From: Gnetum montanum
Lineage: Eukaryota; Plantae; Gnetophyta
Direction: 5' to 3'
NCBI GenBank assembly: GCA_015680685.1
Contig: MNCI01001687.1
Span: 160,255-224,254, forward strand
DNA: 64,000 bases
Every line of letters begins with the position of its first letter. The first letter of the stretch is position 1. A model generated the notes under the pieces. It did not search any database, had not been told where the DNA came from, and saw only the letters and a program-made list of their open reading frames with translations. Position numbers and translations under genes: made by a program. This document shows, one piece after another, positions 23,169 through 36,421 of the stretch.

Positions 23169-24108
23169 CTAGATGTGGTACCACTTTAGGTACATATCAT
23201 TCACTAGATTTGGGAGTTCATTGTCATTGATATCTGCTAACCTGAATGCTCCATTGCCATATGCACTGGTGACAAGGAAAGGGCCTTTCCAACTTACAAA
23301 GAATTTTCTCACTGGTTCACGAACAACCTTAAGAACCAAATGTTCTTTCTTGATTGGTCGCTGATGTAGGCTACGATGATGCTTTTGTTTTTGCCAGTCT
23401 TGATATCTTTTGATGTTGTCAAGTGTTTGAATGCATTTCTCCTCTACTGAGTCTAAATCCACAATCCTGGACTCATTGTATTGAGTTTCATTTATAACCA
23501 TGGAGAGGACCATCTGCAATGAGGGAACTTGTAGTTCCACGGGCAACACCACTTCAGATCCATAGACTAGGCTATAGGGTGTCCTATCGGTAGCTATTCT
23601 GCATGTCGTACGATAGGCCCATAGCACATAGAGGATTTTTTTCATGCCATCATTTTTTGTTGCTACTGAGCATCTTATTCAGTAAATTGATGACCACCTT
23701 GGATTTTGCCTCTGCTTGACCATTTTCTTGTGGGAAATAGGGTGAGGAAAAATATTTCTTGATACCAAGGTTACTGCAGAAAGATTTGATTTTGGTACTG
23801 CTAAATTGTGGTCCATTGTTGGTCACAATAGTCATGGGAAGCCCAAACCTGGTTACTATATTGTCTAAGATAAAATGGAAAACTTGTTGAGATGTAATCA
23901 TTCGTAGGGGAATAGCCTTGACCCACTTCATGAAGTACTCAGTGGTGGTGGTAATGAAGCTATGTCTTGTGGAAGACTTAGGTGTGATGAGGCCTATGAT
24001 GTATAGTCCCCATCATTGGAATGGCCAAGTGATCTGTGTAGTGTGCAATTCAGTTGGTGACATGTGTATTACATTTGCATAACGCTGGCATGTGTCACAT
24101 GTCTTAGC
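23169..24108 (-). pseudogene. pol: E3 integrase core and C-terminus (no chromodomain)
   Basis: WPFQ, TRFGLPMTIVTNNGPQF, SSPYFPQENGQAE, LWAYRTT, WKGPF...LKWYHI*. Confidence 0.92.
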
Positions 24109-24113
24109 CTTGG

Positions 24114-25813
24114 TGTACTATCTAAAATTGTCAGTGCATGGCTGGAGTGAAATAGACATCAAGAGATCTACAGACAAGCACAGAAGACTCTACCTTCACT
24201 TGAGGACGAGCTAGAACTAACGAAGTTAGAGTACCTTGGGTGGTCCACACATGGATCAAACAAGGATTTCCCCAAACGTATACCAATGTGTAATATGCTG
24301 GGTTATGTATAAACAGGGTAATGAGCGTAAACCAGAATGTAAATGTGCAGGAATATAAACAAAGAGGCAAGCAAGAATGAATGAAAATTGTAACAAATCT
24401 TGATCAGAAATGAAGCAATTTTATTGCAAGATGAAAGTTGCATTGCAGCGGTATGAACATAGTTGTGGATCTGATACAAGATGGATGAAGAGCCTTGGTG
24501 GATGCAGAGGGATGCTGGTATGCTAGTTTGGACTGCGGGCACAATGTGAAGGCTATATTGTTAGCATGCAGGGTAGAAGTACAGTGTGCAAGGTTGGTGT
24601 TCCAAATCATCTCCAAAATGTGATTTCTTTTTCTCTCTCCCCTCCCTTGGTGGAAAATTTTGGTTTTATAGGTTTTAGGTTGTGAAACTCGGATCTGGAG
24701 TGGTATGAGTGGCCATTGGTGAGAAAATTTTAGGTTGGATGACATGTGGCTACGTTGCTCGAGTGTAAAGAATATTACAAATGTACAGTGTGTTGCATGC
24801 TAGCGTGTACAGGCTGGGCATGTGAACCCAACGTACAGACTTGACAAATACAAAAGAATTGAACTTTACAAATGAACATTACTATTACAATAGAGAATCT
24901 TGAACATGCCCTTGGATTTGAGCTCTGGTGTCATGAGGATGCTGCCTGTGGATTTTCTGCTCATTTTGACTTGATCTAACATGGTTTTGGAAGGCTTCAA
25001 GTGGCGTATGCTGTGCTACACACTGGGCGTGTACAGTATGTGTACTCAGCGTATAGGTCATGGAAGTGCATAATTTTGAGGTTGAATCTTCATTTTTGGG
25101 AGCTTGGGATGATGCTTGCCAATTACCTTACCTCTAAGAGTCAATTGTAGGTGGAGATCTTATTTTGAGGTGCCTGTTTTGAGAGATCCTTGATGCTGCA
25201 TGTTGGGCATCCATGCTGGTGTGCAGGAATGAAAACCCATCATTTGGAATTCAAAAATTGATTTCCAGGAGCCTGAGAGCTACTAGGGACCTTAGGGATG
25301 GTGATGGAGAGTCTAGACCTTCATTTCTAGCTTGTTTTGGTGAGTTTTTGGTGCTCAAAAGTTGCTGCATGCTGAGCCACATGCTGGGCGTGCACGCTGG
25401 CTTGCAGGAATGAAAAACCATTATTTCGATCCCAAAACTTGATTTTTAGAAGCCTACGAGCTATTGGGGACCTTGGTGAAGGTCTTGGGGGGTCTAGACG
25501 TGCAATTCTGACATGTTTTGGCTCATTTTTGGGGCCCAAAAGTTGGTGCACGTTGAGCTACATGCTGGGCGTGCAGGCCTATGTGCAAGAAGTATACTTA
25601 GTCAAAACTAAGTGTTTTGAGTTTGAAACTTGAAATTCTTGTTTCCAGATGTTGATGTAGTCACTAGTGGATCTCAAGGAACTTTTACTTGTTTGATTCG
25701 ACTTTGTTTGATGCTATTTGTGAAGTTCACAAGTTTCAGTCATGCTCAGAAGGATCATGACTTAGCTTGATTCTTGTCTAAAAGTGCTAGGTCTAAATTT
25801 TTGTGGTGTTTCA
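24114..25813 (-). repeat. E4 3' LTR, with an internal ~170-180-bp duplication at about 25200-25570
   Basis: TGAAACACCAC...AGTACA termini; near-copy of 31634-33299. Confidence 0.93.
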
Positions 25814-27299
25814 TTGGCCCCTCTTTTTTGAAGCTTGGAGGAATTGACCTGAGAAGCATCAACAAAGAAGTATAAAACACCGCAAGCAACTTAGTAGCAT
25901 TGCTCTTTGACACTTGACCAGATGTCCTTGCACCGTGTTCAGAAGTACCTGGGATTGGGGAATAAAGTTTTGAGATGATGCCTAGTCGAGATGTTTGCAA
26001 CTGTGGGATTGGGAATTGATCAAGGGATTGTGCTGATGTGGGAGAGGAGTGTTCATCTTGTGCAAACAAGTCATGTTGTTCCTTGTCGATGGCCAACACT
26101 TGGCAGACATCAAACCAAGGCATGAGGAATACATCCTTTGGAGGAACGAGATTCTTGTATCATGTTTGAGAGAACTCATTATCACAACCAAAGCCATGTG
26201 ATGAGGTGATGCATTCTTTGGAGAAATAGTACCCTTGTGGAGTGTCTAAGGGAACCCATTGTATGACAACCAAAACCACGCAATGAGGTGAAACATGATG
26301 GTTTGAGACATGAGTACTTCTTTTCAAGAAAACTACCTTCCTGCCTGGGGCTTGTATAGGAAGTGCCAAGGGTCTTGTGGTTAATTTTTATCTTTTCTCT
26401 TTGACCTTTTCTTTTTCTTTTACTTTTTTTCTTTTAATTTTGCAGTCATGCTCATGTGTTGTGTTGTGTGTTGCAACTACTTGAGAGTGTTGTAGCATGC
26501 AAAAGTGTGCTCAAATCTTTGGGTTGTACTGGGTGTATCTGAGTGAATGAGTTAGAGAATACTTTAGACATGAATGTAGTCGATGCAAATGGAGGCACCA
26601 TGTGAAACTTAAGGCAAACAAAATGAGTAGCAATAGTGTTGTCGGAGCCGGTGTGATGGATGATGTAGTAGGCGTTGATGAAGAAATTTCATGAATTACA
26701 GTAGAAAATGAATGTTCCGGAGATGATCTTGCCAGTTTATATTCTTAGTAGACTATCATGGGTTAGTTTCACATTGTAACCCATTGGACGTTGCTAGTTT
26801 AACGTCGTAGTGAATGGTACGATGCTACTTTATAGTCGTGGAAGACTATGAAGAGATGAGCTAGTTTATAGTCTTAGCGGACTCTGGTGAATGTGTGTGA
26901 TTGTTTAGTGTCATGTCAGACAAAGCTCTATGCTGTCAATTTATTGTCATGATCCCAGGCCATTCTATGGTATCAGTTTACCATCATGATGCCAAGATGA
27001 AGTGTGGTACTAGTTTTAAGTCATGATGCTAGGACTGTTCTGTGGTATCGGTTTTAGGTCATGATGCCAGGACCGTCGATGTGAATGCATGTGTGTGCAT
27101 CTATATGATCCTATAAACAAAAGCAACTAGAGAAAATAATGTTAAATAGAAACTACAGAAAACATAAGCTAAAATGCACAAGTAAATAGAAAATAATGTG
27201 AAAAGGTAGTAGTTTAAGGTCTTTTTGGGCCACGGTTTAGTTTAAGGCCTTTTCGGACCACATGCAAACGTGTAAGCTAGTACAATGCAAACTAAGGTG

Positions 27300-30200
27300 A
27301 TGTATGCACAACGAACAAAGGTAAAGATTGGGTAGGGATCTGATGTGTTTTTAGCTGTAGGGGAGTCTTGATTGTGTGGTTGTTTCCTAGCTAGACATGG
27401 TCTAGTAGGTGTGCTAGTTTGCTCTGGGAGGCTTTCCATATTTACCCCTCATTCAAGCATTTTAGCTCTAGGTGTTACGTTTTTTGCTGTGGGTGTTCCA
27501 TTAAGAGACTCTTCTTTCAAGACTTGTCACATGTCTATGTTGTGGATGGCTTGAAAGGGAGTGTTTTTGCCATGTATAATGACTTGTCCACCTTTGTATG
27601 GAAGGCAGATTTCTTGATGTATCGGTGAGGAAATGGCTCATTGTTGCACTAGCCACGGTTTGCCAAGAATCATGTTGAAACTAGGCATCTCTTCTATGAT
27701 AGTGAACTCCATGCTAGTGGGGAATTATTCACCTACCACAAAGGCTAGGTTAATCGTGCCCTTCACTATAACATGTGATCCATTGAAAGATTTTAAACAT
27801 GTGATTTTCATTGGCATGATCTAGTCTGCCATGCCTAGTTTGTCGATGATGAAGTATAAAGCTATGTTTGTTGTTGTACCATCATCAACGTGCACTCTAT
27901 GAATGGTACATTATCCAACACATACAGTGATCGACAATGGAGCTTTTATGACCTCCCCTCATTTAGGGTTGACTTTAACTGCATCGTCGTAGAAGGCTAA
28001 GGTGTTTGAACCCAATCCTTGTGGTGTGTGTTGCAAAATCATTGTACAGATGGATTCCATGTTAGTAGGAATGTCCTCTGTAACAGGAATGGATGCTAAT
28101 GTTTGTGCAATGGCTTCATGATAAGCCGAGGATGTCATGACCAAGTCGTACAAGCTCATGGTTGTGTTCTTTTGTTTTAGAATTTGTTTCACCTGGTCCA
28201 GTGTAGCTACAAAGTCTGTGTTGTTTGCCATTGTGTTGGTTGTCCCTGTATGGGTCAAGGGCTTGGGCCTGGTTTATTTTGGATTATAAGCAGGGCCCCC
28301 CAGCGTTTGGTTGTTGTTTGCTTAGTGTGACTTTTTTTTATGTGTGGGTGTTGTTCGTTGTTCATTTGTCCTCTTATGCTACCATTTGGTAGGCTTACCC
28401 ATGTTGTTGGTAAGGTTGACTCTTAAGGGAGAAGAGGTTGAGAAATTGCCTATGGTTGGGCTCTGGGTAGGTGAGAGGCCATCGCGTGATGGCACCTTTA
28501 TGACAAATGGTAGTTTAGGAGGATTCGTTGGTGTTTGACGAAAGGTTTCTTTGCAGTTGTGGTCGGTGCATCATGTCATTTTAATGTCTTAGCGAACAAT
28601 TGTGATGATACTTTGACCAAAAAGGGTGTCTTTGATGCTCAGGATTGCATTGAACCTTGCCATTTTAATGTCTTAGTAGACATGTGAGGTGGTGGTACTT
28701 TGACCACGAAAGGTGTCTTTGGTGCTCTAGGTGGCATCTTGATGAAAATGGGAGGTCCCTTGCTCATGGAGGCGGAGAGGATTGCTGCCTTGCTGGGAGG
28801 CACACGGATCACAAATGGTTTCCACACAAGTTTAGGCTTACTATCTATGCCAATGGAGTTCATGAAACAGGAGGCATCGTCTGTGTTGGATTGATTCAGG
28901 TTGTTGACGTTTACTTGGCCCTGTTCTATCATTGCTTGCAGATCATCCTGTAATGCACGGTAGGTGTCGATGTTGTGACCCGACATCTAGTGGTAGTGAC
29001 AAAATTTGTCTAACTTGAAATGTCATGGAAATGGGGGCTTGTTTGGCACTACTAAGGTGGGGTTCCTTAGTAGCTCACAGTACCTATCGTGTCAGGGGTG
29101 AGCATTCTTTACCACATGTTTGTATTGGATTTTCCCAGCTTTAAGGAGTTGCTCTAGTAGTTTAGAAGGTTGTGCGGGTAGCAGTGTGTACTTAGACTGA
29201 TCCTTGCATTGAAAGTTGGGTCTAGGGGTGGCCCCTGTCATTGTGGTCAGGTTGGTATTGGTGTTCATGGTTTTTGTGCTTATGACTACAGTTTCCATTA
29301 TTGTCTATTGTTTGGCAATGTGTTGGTTCTTGTAAGCCACATAGGCAGGATCATTTCTTGTTTGTGCAGCTTGTTCAATGTTCTTTATTTGCATGAAGGC
29401 TTGGCTCAATGTTTGAGCGCTTAGGTAGTACAGTTTTGACTTAACAAAGTCATTCATAGATCCCTTCATAATCATAAGCAAATATGTTTCAGGGATGGGC
29501 TCATGAAGTTCATTAAGGACTGTGCTCCATCATTGGATGAACTTTTGCACAGGCTCTAGTGGCGTTTGTTTCACCTATATTAGAGTGTCTAGTGTGGCCT
29601 CAGGCTTGAGGTTGTACTTAAACCGGGTGATGAACTGATGTAACAGATCCTCCAGAGAAGATATGGAGTTACGAGGCAAGGCTTGGTACCAGTCTAAGGC
29701 TACGCCCGTTAAGGACATAGTGAACACTTGCAAGATTGTGTGGGGCCAAGCTTGAAGCAATAGAGTTTCTAATCATAACATGACTAAATGAGCGTTCGAA
29801 TCTCCCTTCCTGTTGTAGTTGGTTAACTGGGGCAGTGTGATTCCCTTGGATAAAGCTAACGGTGGCACTGAAGAGTTAATTGGATCATCTTGGTAGAAGT
29901 CCAATACTTTGACTTGTTCAGTGTTTGTTATTTTGTGGTGCTTTACCTCCTCAGATAACACTTGCATCATTTGTTTGGCTTTTTCCCACTCTTTGGTGGT
30001 AGGTAGCTTAGTTGGTTAGGGAAATTGTTGGGTTGTCATTTGTTGTAGTGGAGAAACATTCAGAGTTGTGGTTGCAGGGTGTGGCATGTTGAAGTGAGTG
30101 GGTTTTTGAACAAGGGGTATGGTTCCTTTCCTAGACACCAACTATGAATTGACACCCTGGATGTGTGGGGCTGATGTCACAAAAGTGGCCCCATGTGTTT

Positions 30201-30680
30201 GCACTAGCTGCATGTACAAGGTGGATGTGGACGTGGGTAGTCCATGTTGGGATACTGGTGGTTGTGTGCTCGTTGACACATGATGATGAATTATTTGTCC
30301 CAAATGTGAGTAGAACAATGGGTTAACATGGGCACATGGACTGAGGGTGTAGTATGAATCCTTAGTTTCAGATTGTGCCATGAAGTCATCTACATCATGT
30401 TGGTTTTGGGGCTCCTTAGTGGGTTACCGTGAGTTTTGGCTCCTTGCTAGAAGGAGCTAAGAGATGATTAGGTGGTGAGGCTTAGAAAGGGGGATGATGT
30501 CATATAAAGAGGGGACGAATTCATGACCTCCCATGTATATGCACTCATAGTTTCAGTTTGCCTCCTGTTCTATGGTGTTAAGCGGAAGGTTGGCCTGAAT
30601 CTTCACAAAGATAAATTTGTACTATTCTTTTGTGAGGATTACGAAGCTACATGCATTAGAGTTCTGAGATGACTCCATGG
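27300..30680 (-). pseudogene. gag: E4 gag-protease, degraded
   Basis: LDFYQDDPINSS, MSLTGVALDWYQALP, SGHNIDTY, SLYDLVMTSS, VDDGTTTN. Boundaries approximate. Confidence 0.85.
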
Positions 30681-30849
30681 TGATTTGTGAGAGGGAAATG
30701 TACGAGCTGGCTAACAAGTACCGAGTGTTTTTCGGGTTAAGTGTGCAATGTGTGTAGCGTGATTGGACTGCAACGTGTGCAATGTGACAAGTCTGCAACA
30801 TGACTAACTATCCATGAAAACTATCAACATGTGAAACCTAAGTATAAAG

Positions 30850-31320
30850 TTCTCCTAAGTGTCCAGCATGTTAAGTTGGCAACGTGTGAGAACTGAAAAT
30901 TTTTCTAAGTGTCCAGTGTGTGAGCACTGAAAATTTTTCTAAGTGTCCAGCGTGTGAACACAGAAAATTTTTCTAAGTGTCCTGCGTGTGAACATAGAAA
31001 ATTTTTCTAAGTGTCCAGCATGTGAACACTGAAAATTTTTCTAAGTGTTGTTATCATATACAACGTAAATGGGAGAAAAATTTTGTAATTGTTGGAACAA
31101 CGTATACAATGTAAACAAGCAAAAATTTGACTAAGTATGAAACATGTATACTTGTTAGCGCACACCCTCAGCGTGCAGACTTGTCTACACAATGTCACCT
31201 AAGTCTGACAACATGCAGACTTGTCTACATACCGTACACCTAAGTCTGACAACATGCAGACTTTTCTACACAACGTACACCTAAGTTTGATAGTGTGTAG
31301 ACTGGATCCACAGCGTATGG
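30850..31320. repeat. E4 5' UTR tandem repeats: ~38-39-bp x5, then ~41-bp x3
   Basis: ttttctaagtgtccagcgtgtgaacactgaaaat units, then gcagacttgtctacacaacgtacacctaagtctgacaacat units. Confidence 0.85.
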
Positions 31321-31610
31321 ACTAAATCCCTGGTGTACAAGCTTCAACAATCAGTGTACAGGGTGAACAGGCAGCATACAGACAATGGAAAACATGCAGA
31401 TAGGCTAGGTAGTGTATACATGCTGAGATTGCAGCAGATCTGGCTGAACAGGGTGCAAATTTGGAAGGTTCAAAATTAGATCTATGCTAACAGAGTGTAG
31501 ATCTGAGAAAACTGACTATAGATTAGGGATCACAGCGAGTGGATCTATGAGATGGACCAACAAATCTGAAGAGATCTACGGTGGATCAGAGTAGATTTAA
31601 GCAGTGTCAG

Positions 31611-31628
31611 GTCCTCCTTCTAGTTCCA
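31611..31628 (-). promoter_or_regulatory. E4 PBS (tRNA-Asn type, degenerate)
   Basis: TGGAACTAGAAGGAGGAC, 5 nt from the LTR end. Confidence 0.75.
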
Positions 31629-31633
31629 TTTCT

Positions 31634-33299
31634 TGTATTATCTGAAATTTTTGGTGCATGGTTGGAATGAAACAGACACAAGATATCTACAGACAGGCAC
31701 AAAAGACTCTACCTTCACTTCAAGCTGAGTTGGAACTGATGAAGGTAGAGTACCTTGGGTGGTCTGCACGTGGATCAGACAAGGATTTCCCCAAACATAT
31801 ACCAATGTGTAATATGTTGTGTTATGTGTAAACAATGTAATGAGCGTAAAATAGAATGTAAATGTGTAGGAATATAAACAAAGAGGCAAGTAAGAATGAA
31901 TGAAAACTGAAAGAAATCTTGATCAGAAATGAAGCAATTTTATTACAAGATGAAAGTTACAGTGCATCGGTATGAACGCAGTTGTGGATCTGACACAAGG
32001 CAAACGAAGAGCCCCGGTGGATGCAGAGGGATGATGGTATACTGGTTAGGACTATAGGCATAGCGTAAAGGCTATATGGTCAACGTGCAAGATAGAAGTC
32101 CAGCATGCAGGGTTGGTGTTCCAAATCATCTCCAAAATGTGATTTTTTTCTCTCTCCCCTTCCTTGGTGAAAAATTGGGATTTTATAGGGTTTAGGTTGT
32201 GAAACTCAGATCTGGATTGGTATGAGTGGCCATTGGTGAGAAAAGTTTTAGTCAGATGACATGTGGCTGCATTGCCTAAGTGCAAAGAATATTACAACTA
32301 TACAGTGTGTTGCATGCCAGCGTGTACACGTTGGGCGTGTGAACCCAGCGTACAGACTTGACCAATACAAAGGAATTGAACTTTACAGACAAACATTACT
32401 GTTACAACAAAGAATCTTGAACATGCCCTTGGATTTGAGCTCTAGTGTCATGAGGATGCTGCTTGTGGGTTTTCTACTCATTCTGACTTGATCTAACATG
32501 GTTTTGGAAGGCTTCAAGTGGTGTATGCTGTGCTACACGTTGGGCATGTAGAGTATGTATGCTCAGCGTATAGGTCATGGAAGTGCATCATTTCAATGTT
32601 GAATCTTCATTTTTGGGAGCCTGGGATGATGCCTGACAATTGCCTTGCCTCTGAGAGTTAATTATAGGTGGAGATCGTGTTCTGGGATGCCTGTTTTGAG
32701 AGATCCTTGATGGTGCACGCTGGGCGTACACGTTGGCGTGTAGGAATGAAAACCCATCATTTGGAGCCCAAAACTTGATTTTTAGAAGCCTGAGAGCTAC
32801 TAGGGACCTTAGGGATGGTGATGGAGTGTCCAGACCTTCATTTCTAGCTTTTTTTAGTGATTTTTTGGCACTCAAAAGTTGTTGCATGTTGAGCCACACG
32901 CTGGGCATGCATGCTAGCATGTAGAAATGGAAATCCATTATTTGGAGCCTAAAACTTGATTTTTAGGAGCCTGATAGCTACTGGGGACCTTGGTGAAGGT
33001 TCTGGGGATTCCAGATGCTCAATTATAGCATGTTTTGGCTCATTTGTGAGGCCCAAAAATTGCTGCACAATGAGCTACATGGTCGGTGTGTAGGCCTATG
33101 TGCAAGAAGTATGCTTAGTTAAGACTAAGTGTTTTAAGTTTGAAAATTGCAATTCTTATTTCCAGATGTTGATGTAGTCACCAGTGGATCTTGAGGAACT
33201 TTTACTTATTTGATTCAACTACGTTTGATGCTATTTGTGAAGTTTGCAAGTTTTGATTCTTGTCTAAAACTGCTATGTCCAAATTTTTGTGGTGTTTCA
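31634..33299 (-). repeat. E4 5' LTR
   Basis: Matches 24114-25813; followed by TSD CTTGG. Confidence 0.93.
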
Positions 33300-33304
33300 C
33301 TTGG

Positions 33305-35828
33305 TAAGGTAGTTTCTTTCCATGTATGGCTAGTAATACCTTAAGTGTATGATTTTAGGAGCCATGGCTCACAGAGCTATGTGTGCTCCACATAGGCCCT
33401 CAAGGACTTTGCTAACTATATTTTGTGCTTGGTAACTATTAACACAGGTTAACAATATGCAATCAAAAGAGCATCTATATAGAGTACTATTTGCAAGGAT
33501 GACATATTTCCTAGCACACTTGCGGACTGCATCTTTTTGTGCAAGTTTTAACTCATGTGGTGGTTCGCCATGCCAAAAGTAGATTTTAATTCTATTGTAC
33601 CATTCTAGCATTCCCCCCATGCTTAAAGAAGAGATCTGCATCACTTGAATGATAGGGTCTGTACATTATTTTATTAAAGTAAGCTAGGTGGCAAACAAAT
33701 GTCATGGCACGTTTAAAACTAGTGTGGCTAGTGCATCAACTACAGTGTTCTCATTACACGACACGTGTTGGATATGAACTGTTGTGAATTGTCTCAGGAG
33801 ATCTTTATCCATATCGCAATAGGGCTACAGATGCACAACTTTGCAGGCGTAGACCCCTATTATTTGATTGATGACATGCATTGACTCACCTTAGATTGCT
33901 AGATGTGTAATGTTGAGTTCCTTAGCTATTAACAATCCCCTAAGAAGCCCCTCATACTCTTCCACATTGTTCATACAAGGAAATACTAGGCAGTAAGCCA
34001 ATGGGCAAACATCTTCAGGGGAGAGCATAATGATAGTGATAGCACTACCGCCTGTGGTAGTTGAAGCTCCATCAAAGTATAACATTGCTTCGAGGCCTAT
34101 CGATACAGGGCTTAAACTATGTACATGTTCATTAGGAAACTTGGGCTCTATCGCAGATTGATCATTAATAGGTGATGTTACAAGCTAGTCGACTATCGCT
34201 TGGCCTTTCATGGAGGATTGGCCAACGTAGTGCAAGTAAAATTCTGCTGTGATGGCCTTCCAGCAGGCTATCCTACTACTCTCGTATAAATTGTTTGTGA
34301 TGGCTACCAGAATGTTGTTCTTGTAGATTATATTGACCTGGCCATGAAAAAGATAGTGCCTACATTTTTTTAGTACAAACACCAATGCCAAAAAGTTATG
34401 CTCTACTTCATTGTACCATGTTTTGTACACAAATAGAGCATGACTTAGATAGTAGATAGGAATTTCTAACCCATCGTCGCTTCTTTGGCACAAAAACATA
34501 GTTATAGACACCTCTGAGATTGCTAAGAATATGTAGAAAGGTTGATCCCTTTATGGTGGGAAATTCGTTGGCAAATGTAATAGCTCTTTCTTCACATTGT
34601 CACATGCACACTGGTAGTTCTCGATCCATTTGAAGTTAACCCCTTTCTTGAGCAGATGCTGCATGGGGTGTAACTTGTCTGTTAACTTCTAGATGAACCA
34701 CCTGATAAATTGCAACCTACTTTGCAACCCATGTAGTTCTTTGAGGTTTGTAGGTGGTGCTAGATTAACGATGGCTTTAACCTTCTTGGGGTTGACTCGG
34801 ATGCCAATCTCCGATACCACAAACCCCAACATGCGCTCGATTTTGACTTTGAATATGCATTTTCTTAGGTTGAGCCATAGGTTGTGCCTGAGACATTATT
34901 TAAGGATTGACTCTAGGTCTTTTGAGTGATCTTCCAACTTCTTAGATTTGATAGCTATGTCATCTATGTAGTTGTTTAGTCTCTTTAAGAGGTAATCACT
35001 AAAGATGTACGTCATGGCACATTGATAACTTGCTCCAATGTTTTTTAACCTAAAAGGCATCATGGTGTAACAGAAAGTTCCCCAGGGGGTCATGAAAGTT
35101 GTAGTCAATTGGTGTTTTGGGTTGATACAAATTTGATTATAGCCTGAAAACCCATCCATAAAGGATAGTAATGCGTGGCCAGCTGTTGCATCGATAAGTT
35201 GGTCGATACTCGGTAATAGGAAGTTGTGTTTAATTGTGGCCTTTTTCAAATCATGAAAGTCTATACAGATGCATATTCCTCCCATTTTCTTAGAGATAAC
35301 TATGATGTTCAACACCCAATCTAAATAATTGACCACACGAATGAAACCAGCCTCATACAGCGTAGTGATTTCATCATGCATTGCTAGCGCGATTTCAGGC
35401 TTAATCTTTTGTTCTTTCTGTTTAACTGCTTTGATATGTGGATCTAAAACTATGTTGTGTTGTATTAGTCTCAGGTCTAAACCTGGCATGTTTTCATACG
35501 ACCATGAAAATACCGTAACATTATTTTGGAGCACTAGAAATATGTTGCTCTGTATCTATTGGTCAAGGAGAGAACTAACCTTCAGAGTTTTACTTTTTCC
35601 TTTTTGCATAATCGCAGGGACCTCAATGAGGGAATCCTTGATCACATCACCAGCCTCCAAGTTTAGGGTTTGGGCCAAATTTTCTAGCCATTCTAGTGAT
35701 ATTTATAATGTTGCTATGGTTGTATCACAACGGGAAAATTTAGTTCCTATCAGTGTGTGGTTGAGCTGTCTAATAGTTTTCCCGTACAAGTCTGTTAGGG
35801 ATAGGGGTGCGAGTAAAGTTGCATCCAT
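33305..35828 (-). pseudogene. pol: E3 pol: RT, RH, aRH and integrase N-terminus
   Basis: FMDGFSGYNQI, NNYIDDI, IPIYYLSH, LYFDGAST...NNVEEYEG, EGLCGAH; joins 24108 across the E4 insertion. Confidence 0.93.
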
Positions 35829-36421
35829 TTGCGAATTGACCTACAAAATGACCAAAAATCAAGGTTGTTACATTGTATTTTTCCAAGATGTTGAAATGAT
35901 AGAATTTTTCTTTGTTTTAGTGGTACGTGTTAAAGAGGCTACCAGTTTAAGGTCTTAGCGAACCATCATGATATGCATAGTTTGTAAGAAAGTAGCAAGC
36001 ATGGTTTCCTAGATGTTAGTGTAAGAATTTTGTGAACTATGATGAGAGGTGTAACATGGCACATCCATCATGTTAAAATAGCTAATTTAGAATTTTTTGT
36101 AGACCATAGTTAATGCGACTGGATTATGAGACAATAAGCTATGCGTTAGTTTAGGGTCTTTTTGGACCATAATCTATACGATATCTACAAGATTAATGTT
36201 GCGATCTTGATGCTTCATGTTGCACTGACATACCTACTTCTTGGGAAAGTTCCACATTGATCGGACATGGAAATAGTTAGTTTCAACCATTACATTTATA
36301 ATTCAATGGTTCGTCCTCAAAGCATATTGTAGACATCACGAATTTGAATTAGGCTATAGGAGAAGGAAATTTGAAGTGAGGCGTAAGTAGACGACTTTGT
36401 GAAGGTTTTTCAGTGGTAGCC

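Larger units (their letters stand above)
24114..33299 (-). mobile_element. E4: non-autonomous gag-protease-only LTR element (TR-GAG-like) inserted in the E3 integrase
   Basis: LTRs 24114-25813 and 31634-33299; TSD CTTGG (24109-24113, 33300-33304); PBS 31611-31628; PPT 25814-25829. The 5.8 kb interior has gag-pro only. Confidence 0.92.

Noticed and set aside
23169-23300. Chromodomain after integrase
   Set aside because: Integrase stops about 35 codons after the GPF/GPY motif in E3, E5 and E6.
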